From the NCBI RefSeq assembly GCF_035084215.1, contig NW_027139666.1, forward strand, positions 2,294,001 through 2,358,000: DNA of 64,000 nucleotides, in the 5' to 3' direction. The position numbers were made by a program, and so were the translations under genes. How positions within the stretch are numbered: position 1 is the first letter of the stretch; each line of letters opens with the position of its first letter. The notes beneath the pieces are model-generated. The model saw nothing but the letters and a program-made list of their open reading frames with translations. It ran no database searches and had not been told where the DNA came from. Positions 12,880-24,129 of this stretch are shown here, one piece after another. The stretch is from Heptranchias perlo (taxonomy: Eukaryota).

Positions 12880-14420
12880 ACATACAGATACAGAATGAAT
12901 CTCACACTCAGATATAGTACCAGAGACTGACAGATGCAGAAGGAATCCCAAACTCACATACAATAATAGAGACTGACAGACACAGAGCGAATCCTACACT
13001 CACATATGGTACCAGAGATGACAGATATCGAATGAATCCCACACTGGCATACAGTACCAAGGGCTGATAGATATCTAGTTAATTACTCACTCTCATAAAG
13101 TACTAGAGACTGACAGAAAGATAATGACTCCCACATTCACACAGTACCAGAGCCTGAGAGATACAGAATGAATCACACACTCACACACAGTACCAGCGAC
13201 TGACAGATAGAGAATGCATCCCACACCAACATGCAGTCTGAGAGGCTGCATATACAGAAAGAATTCAACACCCACATACAACACTGGAGACTGAAAGACA
13301 CAGAATAAACCCCACACTCACAGTATCAGAGACTGCATATATAGATTAAATCGCAAACTCACACACACTACTGACAAGATACAGAATGAATCCGACACTG
13401 ACAAACTGTTCCAGATACTGAGAGATACAAAATGAATCACACATTAGTGCAGGCTGAGTAACATTATTTACCAGTCCAAGAAGTATCAGATTGAAAAATA
13501 CAGTATCAATTCCATTAGTGCAGACTGATCTACACATTATATACCACTACAAAAACTGATGCAGATTCAGACTGAAATATACAGTATTCCATTCATGCAG
13601 ACTGAGCTACACATCATATACTAGTTCAAAAATGTCACCATATCAGTTTGGAAGATAAACTAATTCACAATTGTGTTCCCATCGATACAGATTTAATAGT
13701 AGTCCAAAAAGTGCCCACATTCTCTGAATATATTCTAAAGCATTTCATTATCAACCAATTAAACACTGGGAAAAATATGCATTCATTGAGGTATTAAAGA
13801 TAAAGTTTTGAACACCATACTGTAAACGGAGATACAAATTACATACAGATAAGGAATGAATCTCACACTCAGATAGAGGGCCAGAGAGTGACACACAGAA
13901 TGAAACCAGCACTCACACAATGTAACAGTGACTGACAGATACTGAATGTATCTCAAATTCACAGACAGTATCAGAGACTGACAGATACAGAATGAATCCC
14001 AAACTCACACACAGTACCAGAGAGTGACAGATACAGAATGAATCTCACACTCACATACAGTACCAGAGAATGACAGATACAGAATGAATCTCACACTCAC
14101 ATACAGTACCAGAGTCTGACAGATACAGAATGAAACCCACACTCACATGCAGCACCAGAGACTGACAGATACAGAATGAATCCCACACTCACACACAGTA
14201 CCAGAGACTGACAGATACAGAATTAATCCCACACTCACAGACTGTACTGGAGACTGACGGATACAGAATTAATATCACACTCACAGATAGCACCAGAGAG
14301 TGACAGATACAGAATGAATCCCGCACTCACAGACTGTACTGGAGACGGACCGATAAAGAATGAATATCACACTCAAATGCTGACTGACAGACAGAATTAA
14401 TCCCACACTCTCATACAGTC
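12880..14420 (+). repeat. 46-bp satellite arrays (12880-13440, 13840-14420) with intervening ~82-bp units
   Basis: Visible tandem units of the same consensus as 340-790. Confidence 0.85.
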
Positions 14421-16250
14421 TGACATCTACTGGCCATAAGTGAGAACTGTAACAGAGTGGAACAAATTCACATTATCTTCGTTGTTACAGATTCAGGACA
14501 ATGCGCAATGTGAGGAAATAGTTTCTCTCTGCAACTTCTACTCTCGTATTTTTTCATATTTTGTCAGTGAAAAATTAGACAATTGATTCATAATAAAGTT
14601 TTTGTTTTGATCGTTTGAAAGTTGCCCCAGTATATTTCAGTACACATTGCTCAATATTTCTGTCTGATTTCTCAGGACACGATTTATATTAATTCAAATA
14701 AACCGAACTGAAACACAAATAAAAACCGAGCGCAAATCTGGAAGTTTCAATGGCGACCGTCAAAAGTGAAAGGGATAAAATATAGAAAAAAATGAAAACC
14801 GAAAATGCTGGAAAGACTCAGCAGGTCCGGCAGCATCTGTGGAGCATGGAAGCTCGGGTTAACGGTTCAGGTCAATGACCCTTCGAAAGATCAGAAAGGT
14901 TAATCCGACATAATTTAAATAAGGAACGGGAATCGGCAGAGGGAAAAACTTCAGAAAATCAATTAATTTCACTAATCCGGGCAATTGTGTCCTGTATCCA
15001 CCGTACAGATCAGGGCAAATAACAATACAAAGGAACAGAGTTAAATTCATCGTTATGAGAGAAGAAATGAATTTTAGAAGTATTTTTTAAATATAAATTA
15101 GACGCGTTTGGAAACATTATCGCTCTGAACATCATCAAATTTGGTTCCAGTCCTGGTGTTTCTGAATTCAGCGTGCTGGGATTCAAACCTGTTGGAATTA
15201 ACTGTTTGGAAGGCAGCTATACTCACCATTATAGTGCCTTATTTCACGAGGAGAGAGAAATAGAGTGTTTCTGTGGAATTTCGGACTGGGTTTCTGGCAC
15301 TTTAATCACAGACAATAAATCGTTCCCAAACATCAGCCCCTGATCAGACACAACAAGCTGGTGGAATTTCTCATTCATAGATATTAAATAAGGGGATGGC
15401 AAAAGCGAATAGGAAGAGGTTAGGAAGAAGTCACAAAAACAATTAGGGAAGCAAACAGGAACCACGAAATCAAATTATCAAGGAATATAAAAAGTAAAAG
15501 TAAATTATTCCACAGAAACAAAAAATAACAAAAGGAAAATCAGAATATCTTGAGGGCCACTAAGGGATTCACAAGATAAACTCACAGGTAACGTCAGCGA
15601 AATGCCACAAATATTGAATTATTACTTTCCCTCAGTATTTACCCGGGAGATTAACAGGGTGAATATATTAGAGGAAGAGGTCAATAAAGATATCAAGGCA
15701 TTTAAGTTAGAAAGGGTGGTAGAACTCCTGGTCCAGATGGATTGCATCCGCACATATTAAATGAAACAAGGGAAGAGATAGCAGAGGCACTGTTACATAT
15801 ATAGGAAAAATCATTACAGAAAGGAATGGTGCCAGAGGACTGGATGACAGTTAATGTGATTCTTTTATTTTGAAACAGGAGATAGAACAAGTCCAGGGAA
15901 CTAAAGACCAGTTAACTGAAGGTCAGTGGTAGGAATGATCATGGAATCTTTTACTCAATGATGCAATAGAAAAACATCTAGAAACCAAAAATATAAGAAA
16001 GAATAGTCAGCACGGATTTCAGAAAGGGAAGGTTTAATAGTTTGGCAGAAGGTTTGACAGTTTAAATTTCAGTTCAACATAACTTATCTGCTTTTCAATT
16101 CTATTCCTCTAGAATGTGCTGTGTTTGCTTTTTATGGTCTTATCAACCTGTGTTGCTACTTTTAATGATTTGTCAATCTGTACCCCAAAATGCCTTTGCT
16201 CTTCCACCCCATTTAGACTTTTATTTTCCAAGCAGGATGTGGCCTCCTTA

Positions 16251-16346
<96 letters not shown>

Positions 16347-17058
16347 TCACTCAGATCGCTGCTGAATTAACAGCGAACTTATGCTGGTTCCCTTTTTATG
16401 CAGCCTGTCCCGAACTGACTGAAACATTCACAGGATGATAGAGGGAGGGGAGGAGACAGAGTGAGATATTAAACAGAGAGGGGAGGAGAGAGTCAGAGTG
16501 ACGGACAGAGCAGAGAGCTGCCTCTGATCTTCCAGCTCCACCTCCAGCTTTCTCCACCCGCCAATTTCAAACCGTTTATCGATAACTGAACCGAAACACA
16601 GCGCTCCGCACAAACCCTTATAGACTCGGGCTTCATATTCAAGGATTTCCAGAAACTCGGAGCTTTTAAATAAGCCCCATTACAATTAAGAGTCAGTAAT
16701 ATTCCTGCCCAAATACAGTCCCTTCTATAACATGTCTACCCGTCTCCTTCCATTTCAGTGGCAGACCCGATTCTATCTCCCCACACATCCCCCCCCCAGA
16801 CGGGTTCAGCAGTTTACAAACACTGATTCCAGCTGATTTGGAGAATCTCATGTGTTGGGGTTTGAATTGTGATAGCGGCGGATCTCCGCCAGTTTTACCC
16901 TGTCACGGACTCTCGCCCTGAATCTGTGAGAAAAATGAACTGGGACTGGAGCCGAACACACGCCAGTTCGAGTGAGGCCCGGCCCGGACATATCGGAAAC
17001 TGCTTCCCCAGCCCGAGATCTTTCCTCTCCCCGTTCCCAGGTCTGTGAGGCGGTGGGT

Positions 17059-17074
17059 GGCTCTTGGAAGAGCC
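17059..17074 (-). other. Orphan H4-type histone stem-loop inside an ectopic ~95-bp copy of the H4 3' flank (~16991-17085)
   Basis: ggctcttggaagagcc with flanks matching ~6845-6950; no CDS upstream. Confidence 0.85.
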
Positions 17075-17102
17075 TTTGTTTTGTGTTCTCTCTATTTTAT
17101 TT

Positions 17103-17616
17103 CAATTGTAAACAATTTTACAACACCAAGTTATAGTCCAGCAATTTTATTTTAAATTCACAAGCTTTCGGAGGCTACCTCCTTCCTCAGGTGAACGATG
17201 TGGAAATGAAGTCCTCGAAATGAAGTCGCATTTATAATTCACAGAACAATGCTGGTGATAACAGACAGTTTTTTCAACTGCCCGTTGCCAAGGCAATCAG
17301 TGTGCAGACAGACAGGTGTTACCTGCCAGGTCTCAGAATATACAAATCACCAAAAAAAACAACAAACAAAAAAAAACAGAGATAGAGAGGTAGAAACATA
17401 GAAAAGACAGCAACTGACCCGTTATATTAAAAACAGATAACATTTGTTCGCTGGTGGGGTAACGTGTAGCGTGACATGAACCCAAGATCCCGGTTGAAGC
17501 CGTCCTCATGGGTGCGGAACTTGGCTATCAATTTCTGCTCGACGATTTTGCGTTGTCGTGTGTCTCGAAGGCCGCCTTGGAGTACGCTTACCCGAAGGTC
17601 GGTGGCTGAATGTCCT
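17103..17616 (-). mobile_element. Penelope-like retroelement, 5'-truncated: GIY-YIG endonuclease C-terminus + terminal repeat
   Basis: Minus-strand 17615-17427 encodes GHSATDLRVSVLQGGLRDTRQRKIVEQKLIAKFRTHEDGFNRDLGFMSRY..., matching the PLE GIY-YIG C-terminal pattern; absent from paralogous site ~8010; flanked by 11-bp repeat attttatttca (17094-17104, 17640-17650). Confidence 0.85.
17157..17195 (-). ncRNA. Minimal type I hammerhead ribozyme (Penelope-associated)
   Basis: UUCAC-CUGAGGA-A-GGAGG-UAG-CCUCC-GAAA-GC-UU-GUGAA: intact core boxes, 5-bp helices I and II, palindromic AGCU helix III. Confidence 0.85.
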
Positions 17617-17789
17617 TTCAGACAAAATTTCAGACAGAAATTTTATTTCAGACAGTGGGGTTGGGGCGTGGGTAGTGAGTCACCAGGACCCTGGGTTTAT
17701 TTTCAATGATTTCCATCTGAAATCTGAGCCCGGCCCCGGGACAGGAATCATCTGATTCCGGGGTCAACTCTTTTCTGAGAGACGTGTGT

Positions 17790-17805
17790 GGCTCTGAGAA
17801 GAGCC
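17790..17805 (-). terminator. Histone 3' stem-loop (H1 copy 2)
   Basis: Minus strand GGCTCTTCTCAGAGCC-ACACA. Confidence 0.9.
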
Positions 17806-17841
17806 GTTGGGTTCAGATGTTCACAAGTTGCACTTGATTTT

Positions 17842-18477
17842 TTACTTCTTTTTGCCCGCTGCTTTCTTTGGCTTTGCTGACTTCGGCTTGGGCTTGGCCC
17901 TCGCTTTTTCTACCTTCTTCGCCTTCACCGGCTTGGGGGTCTTGGGCTTCTTAGCCGCCGCTTTCTTCTTAATTGGTGATTTCGCCGCCTTTTTCGTGGT
18001 CGATTTCTTGGCAACAGGTTTCTTGACCGCTGATTTCTTGGCGGCCGGTTTCTTGGCCGTTAATTTCTTGACCGCTGTTTTTTTGGTCGCTGGTTTCTTT
18101 CCGGGAGATTTCTTGGTCACTTGTTTCTTCACCTTCTTTCCCACTTTTGCCTGGGTTTCCGTCTTAGCGACTCTGAAGGAGCCCGAGGCGCCCGTGCCCT
18201 TGATCTGCACCAGGGAGCCTTTTTCCACATTTCTCTTGATACTTAATTTAATCTGGGAACGCTGCTTCTCCACATCCAGGCCTTTGGCAGCCAGAACCTT
18301 CTTTATCGCGGCCAGGGATATCCCCTTGCGATCCTTGCAATCCGCCACAATCTTGAGGATCTGTTCGCCCAACGGGGGACCGGTGGGTCGGGGAACCGCC
18401 TTCTTCTTATTCGGAGCATTGGTTCGAGCGGCGGCGGCGGGAGGAGGAGCCGTTTCGGCGGTTGCAGTGTCTGTCAT
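17842..18477 (-). CDS. H1: Linker histone H1 copy 2, 211 aa
   Basis: Intact paralogue of 8218-8835 with in-frame indels in both tails; promoter and stem-loop retained. Confidence 0.93.
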   Translation of the reverse strand: MTDTATAETAPPPAAAARTNAPNKKKAVPRPTGPPLGEQILKIVADCKDRKGISLAAIKKVLAAKGLDVEKQRSQIKLSIKRNVEKGSLVQIKGTGASGSFRVAKTETQAKVGKKVKKQVTKKSPGKKPATKKTAVKKLTAKKPAAKKSAVKKPVAKKSTTKKAAKSPIKKKAAAKKPKTPKPVKAKKVEKARAKPKPKSAKPKKAAGKKK

Positions 18478-20466
18478 GTCCGGGACTCTTGAGAAAATCT
18501 CTCTGACAGTCAGAGCTGGGTCAGAAATGAAACGAGAGGCGGCGGCACAGAGCAACTTAAAGGCACAGAGCGGACGGGGCGGAGACATCCTGCTGTCAGC
18601 TCCCGGCCCCTCCAGCCTCTCTGTGTTTCTCTCTCCTCTGAAACTCCCCGATTCCAATTCAAATCGGGCACTCCAGAGTCCCAGACTAGCCCCTTCCTAT
18701 ATCTAACACCGGAATGTTTGCTGTCGAAAAACTTTCACTGGAATTGAAAGCACCAGTTTCGATTTAAACCCGTTTCATTGCTGCACTGATCGCGCTCTCT
18801 CACCCGATCGCTGACACGATCTCCGTTTTTCGTCTGAAATCTTGAATTGAACTCAAACCTTACCTTAATTTTTCACTTCGGAGCTCGGCAGGGGAGGAGG
18901 GCGATCCTTTGAAAGGGAATTTTTTTTATTTTACTGAAAAGCGACCCGGAAATCCGGCGATGTGACCGGCCACACAAACACAGTGACATTAATCTAACCC
19001 GCCCACCCCTTTAACACACTCTCTCTGACACAATGTTCACATCTTCACATTCACAGGACAAACTGGTCGCCAGATTGACAATTCCTGGGACAGGCTTTCC
19101 TCCCCGCTCGGCCTGTGCTGCAGATTCTCGGGGGTTAGTTGTAGTTTCCCAGCTCAGTAACTGTTAAACACTCTGAGGCCGGCGCTCCTCACAGTGTCTG
19201 GTCCCCAGATTCAGGGGCAGGAGCCAATCACAGTTGTTGGTGTCATAATTCACATCTGGTTTTAAAATATTATACTGTTCGTACACAGAAATATGTTTGG
19301 TTAAGACGATAATACAAATTATCCGCTCTGGGCTCTTCCAGTCGCTCTTTGTTTCTCTCTCCTCCTAAACTGACTGACAGACAATAGTAACTGGTGTCCT
19401 ATCCGTCCCATTCTCAACACCCAGAGACGGCTAGTTACAGAATAAATTCAACACTAACAGGCAGTCCAGTGTCAGGCCGTTACAGACCTTTCCTTATTGG
19501 ACTGGAGACTGATAAATGCACCGTCAATCCGGCTCATACATAATAGAAGGGACAGTGACTATCTCACCAACAGCACCGGAGGTCTGTTCACAAACACTGA
19601 ATCAGTCTTTACCTTCCATCAGGGTGTCGATATTAAGCTCAGTAACAGTATTTCGCTTTCATTTACAGCGCTGGAGAGAGAGAAAGACAGACCGACAGAT
19701 AAACAGACAGACAGAGACACACACACAGACAATGTATCAGTCTCACACTTCCTATCAGTATGTCCGTTTCACTCTCAGTAACAGTATCCCACATTCATAT
19801 GCTGTGCAAAAGAGAGAGAGAGAAACTGACCTGTAATGTCCAGTTTTCACCCAGTAACAAATTAGAAAAATATTCCATTCCAATTGCTATTCCAAGGTGG
19901 AGTGACAGAAGATGCAGTCTCATCTCTCACTAAAATTATTTCAGAGACAGACACATTATTAATCCCATTCTCAGGGACAGTGTCACACATTTAACCCTCT
20001 CTTGCATGTTTCACCCTTTGTAATCTTGCAGCTCAGGCCCATTCAGTATTTCTCTCAGTGACCGAGAGTTTCATTCCGATTGAAATAATCTGGGACTGTT
20101 GCTGTCAGATGTTAATCCCACACGGTCGCAGCAAATATACGGACTCCCACTTTCCTCCGCTGTTTCTCCAGGATTGGTTTGAGAAATCCTCCCTCCAGTT
20201 TCGGAGTCACGCGTTGCTTTATCAGTCAGGGAGCCAAGAATGAACAGAACCCATTGGCTCATTTCACAGCCGCCCATTTTATCCATGAAAGGCCTTTTAC
20301 CATCAAATGATACCGAGAGAAACAGCAGGGATGGAAACATCGAGTTTAATAGTGAGAGATTGTAAAGTCAGTCTGGATTCCAGCGTTAGGCACTGGTGGA
20401 ATCCAATCTGTTTCCATTCTGGTGCCTGTTCCTGCACTGCCTGTGGACCCCATTCCCTCTGACCTT

Positions 20467-20575
20467 TCTGAGAGTGATAATATACATACTGTGTGTGAGA
20501 AGGAGTTGGCTGCACTGTTCCTTTGTCTCGGGGGGAGGAAACTTCACATTCATTCTGGACCCTTCTCGGATTTGC
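20467..20575 (-). other. Inverted templated insertion copied from the 21592-21700 exon sequence
   Basis: Near-exact reverse complement of 21592-21700; replaces ~16 nt present at ~10937-10952 in the paralogue. Confidence 0.85.
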
Positions 20576-20784
20576 TCAGACTCTGAAAAATTCCAATTGT
20601 GGAAAGTTTCCATCGATTTTTGTGTTGGTAATTAAACCAGATATCTGCGCATGCGTGACCCAGCCCCGCCCCCAGCGCTGATTGTTGGTGAGCAGAAGAG
20701 CGCATGCGCGCTCCCCTCCCCCAGCTCGGCCTGTGGGCGCCATTCCCTCAGTGAGCGGAAGAAGATGGTTTAAAACAGCCGGGA

Positions 20785-21816
20785 ATGGAGAGATCACGGC
20801 CCCCGGGGGAAGGGAGCAAAGAGCAGCCTCGTTACAGCAGCTCATCGCTTCGGGACCGTGTCCGCAGATGGGCTCAGAGATCGGCATTGAGTCCAGGGTA
20901 AGGGCAGGGGAGTCCGGGGTCTGTTTGTAAGAGGCGGAGTGGATCAGGATCTGGTCCCGGAACATGGAGTGAGCGGGGGAAGGGAGAGTTCATTCTCGGG
21001 CTGTGTGTGTACAGGGTGTGTCCAGGGGAAGGGAGAGAGAATGGGAAGAACGTGCTATTTAAAACCATTGCTGTTTTCTCTCCCCAAACCAGTAGTGAAT
21101 GGTCCTGGTTTAGTTCCTATCTCACCCTGTTTATTGTTATTGGACAGTGAAGAGTGGAAACAGAGCCGGACAGTAAGGATGTGGGGAGTTATGCAAAGAG
21201 CATCTATTGAAAGCACCAGGTGAGAAGTGTGAAGGACACATTTCAAACAGCGGCTCTTTGCTTTCTTTTGAACGGTTAGTCCCATGGGAGAGGGGATTAG
21301 AAACCCGACCTGTACAAAGGGCCCTGCCCCATAGGGTAGTCCCATTCATGGATCAGTGCAGGGGTTGCATTTTGTCTGGATGTCACTAAATTGTTCTAAA
21401 ACAGCCTAACACACCTGGTATGCTGAAGCTGAGTGCTGCAGTACTGCAGTCGAGTCAGACACTGACACTGTATCACTGGTTTTCATTTGTCGAAGCACAA
21501 AATAATTATTAACAGAGCTATTAAACTGATCACTTTTGTATTTTCTACCTCACCTGTTATTGAGTAACAAGAGATAATTTTCTTTCTACAGGCAAATCCG
21601 AGAATGATCCAGAATGAATGTGAAGTTTCCTCCCCCCGAGACAAAGGAACAGTGCAGCCAACTCCTTCTCTCACACAGTAGGTATATTATCACTCTCAGA
21701 GCACAGAGACACAGACAGGTCATCAGTTCCACAGTCTCAGACAGCAGAAGTAGTCAGTTCCACACTGATCTCAAGTTCCAGAGACACATTTTCAATCCAA
21801 CAGTCAAACAGAGCAG
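20785..21816 (+). pseudogene. Putative three-exon unknown gene, copy 2 (20785-20897, 21148-21219, 21592-21816); in-frame stop early in exon 3
   Basis: ATG, gg|gtaagg donor, 72-nt and 225-nt symmetric phase-2 exons; product not recognised. Confidence 0.4.
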
Positions 21817-22449
21817 GTGAGGCAGACGCTGTTCCATTGCACCCGAACTCAGTCCCGCTGACAGGAAGATACAAAAATCCCAGTCCAAGATCACACTATC
21901 AGATTGTCAATTTCCAAGAAGTGCAGCATTCGCCATGAATTAAAAACCAGATACCCCGAGATTCCAATTGAATACTAGCCCAGAACCCTCACACCCACAC
22001 GGGAGTTTAATACATGCAGTATCCATTCGAATAGTGTACCATTCGAATACAAATTGCAAGTCCAAAAATCATGTACAATATCAGATTGAGAAATGCTGTG
22101 ACAGTGTAACCTGAGAAACAAATTAGATACCAGTTTATAATATACTCATAGCATGAGATTTAAAGATACAGTATCAATTCCTTTACTGCAGGCTGATCGA
22201 CACATTATATACCAATTCAAAAATGTCACCATATCAGTTTGAAAGAAATATTATCATTCACAATAGTACTCACAGAGATACTGATATGATACTCGTCCAA
22301 AAAACACAAATCTTCTGATTAAAACCTCCAGCATCAAATCCTAAAGTGTATCCATGTTTACCAATTAAATACTGGGAAAAAACTGTTTAAACATTAAGAT
22401 CGTAAAGCTACAGTATTGAACACCATAATGTAATCTGAGAGAATAATTA

Positions 22450-23380
22450 TATACAGATACAGAATGAATCTCACACTCAGATACAGTACAGAGACACACA
22501 AACACAGAATGAATCCCACACTCACATACAGTACTAGAGTTTGCCAGACACAGATTGAATCCAACACTCAAGTATGGTGCTAGAGATGTCAGATACAGAA
22601 TGTATCACACACTGACATACAGTACCAAGGACTGAAAGATAGCAAAACCATCCCACACTCTCATAAAGCACTAGAGACTGAGAGATACAAAATAAATCCC
22701 AAACTCAAACACAGTACCTGAGATTGGCAGATACAGAATGAAGACCACACTCACGTACAGTACCACAGTCTGACAGAGTACAGAATGAATCTCACACTCA
22801 CACACAGTACTCGAGACTGACAGATACAGACTGAATCCCACACTCACACACAGTACCTGAGATTGGCAGATACAGAATGAATCTCACACACAGTACCTGA
22901 GTTTGGCAGAGACAGAATGAATCTCACACTCATACACAATACCAGAGACTGACAGATACAGAATGAATCCCACACTCACACACAGTACCTGAGATTGGCA
23001 GATGCAGAATGAATCTCACACACAGCACCAGAGACTGACAGATACAGAATGAATCCCACACTCACACACAGTGCCAGAGACTGAGAGATACAGAATGAAT
23101 GCCACACTCACACGCAGTACCTGAGATTGGCAGATACAGAATTAATCTCACACTCACACACAGTACCAGAGACTGACAGATACAGTATGAATCTCACACC
23201 AACATACATTATGAGAAACTGGATATATGGAAATAATTCAACACCCACACACAGTACTAGAGAATGGAAATGCAGAATGAATCCCACAGTCAAATAGAGT
23301 ACCAGAGAGTGACAGTTACAGCATGAATCCCACACTCACAGTCAGTACCAGAGACTGAGAGATACAAAATGAATCTCAGA
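22450..23380 (+). repeat. 46-bp satellite array
   Basis: ~20 visible units. Confidence 0.9.
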
Positions 23381-23389
23381 GTCACCTAC

Positions 23390-24000
23390 ATTAGTGCAGG
23401 CTGAGTTACACATTACGTACCAGAGCAAAAATCTCACAGTCGCAGATCGAAAGATACCTCATCAATTCCATCAATGCTGTCTTAGTTACACATTACATAC
23501 CAGTCCAAAAATCTCATAGTGTCAGATTTAAAGGTGCAGTATCAATTCTATTAGCGCAGACTGAGCTACATATTAGATATATTGGTAAATACTCATGGAG
23601 TATTATACTGAAATAAACAGTATCAATACCATTGGTACAGACTGAACTACACATTACATACGAGTCCAAAAACCTCATAAATGATCAGACTGGAAAATAG
23701 AGTTTCAATTCTATTAGCACTGCCTGAGCTGTACATTACATACCAGACTGGAAATCCCATAAAATATTAGACTAAAAGATGTAGTATCGATTTCATGAGT
23801 GCAGACTAAGCCACACATTATATAGCAGTCCAAGAATCTCATACCTTATCAGACTCAAAGATACAATATCAATTCCATTAGCACAGACTGAGCTACATGT
23901 TACACACCAGTCCAAAAATCTCATACAGTTTAGACTGAGATACAGAATTAATCCCATTATTGCAGAATAAACTAAACATTACATAAGGGTCCAATAATTT
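23390..24000 (+). repeat. ~82-bp satellite (cagactgaaagatacagtatcaattccattagtgcagactgagctacacattacataccagtccaaaaatctcatacagtat)
   Basis: Degenerate tandem units. Confidence 0.75.
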
Positions 24001-24129
24001 CACCGGGAACAGATTGAAAGGTACATTATCATTCACAATAAAGTTCATGGATTAAGATGTAATACTACTCCAAAACTCACACACATTGTTTGATTAAAGA
24101 AAATTGAAAAGTGCTTCCATATTAACAAA

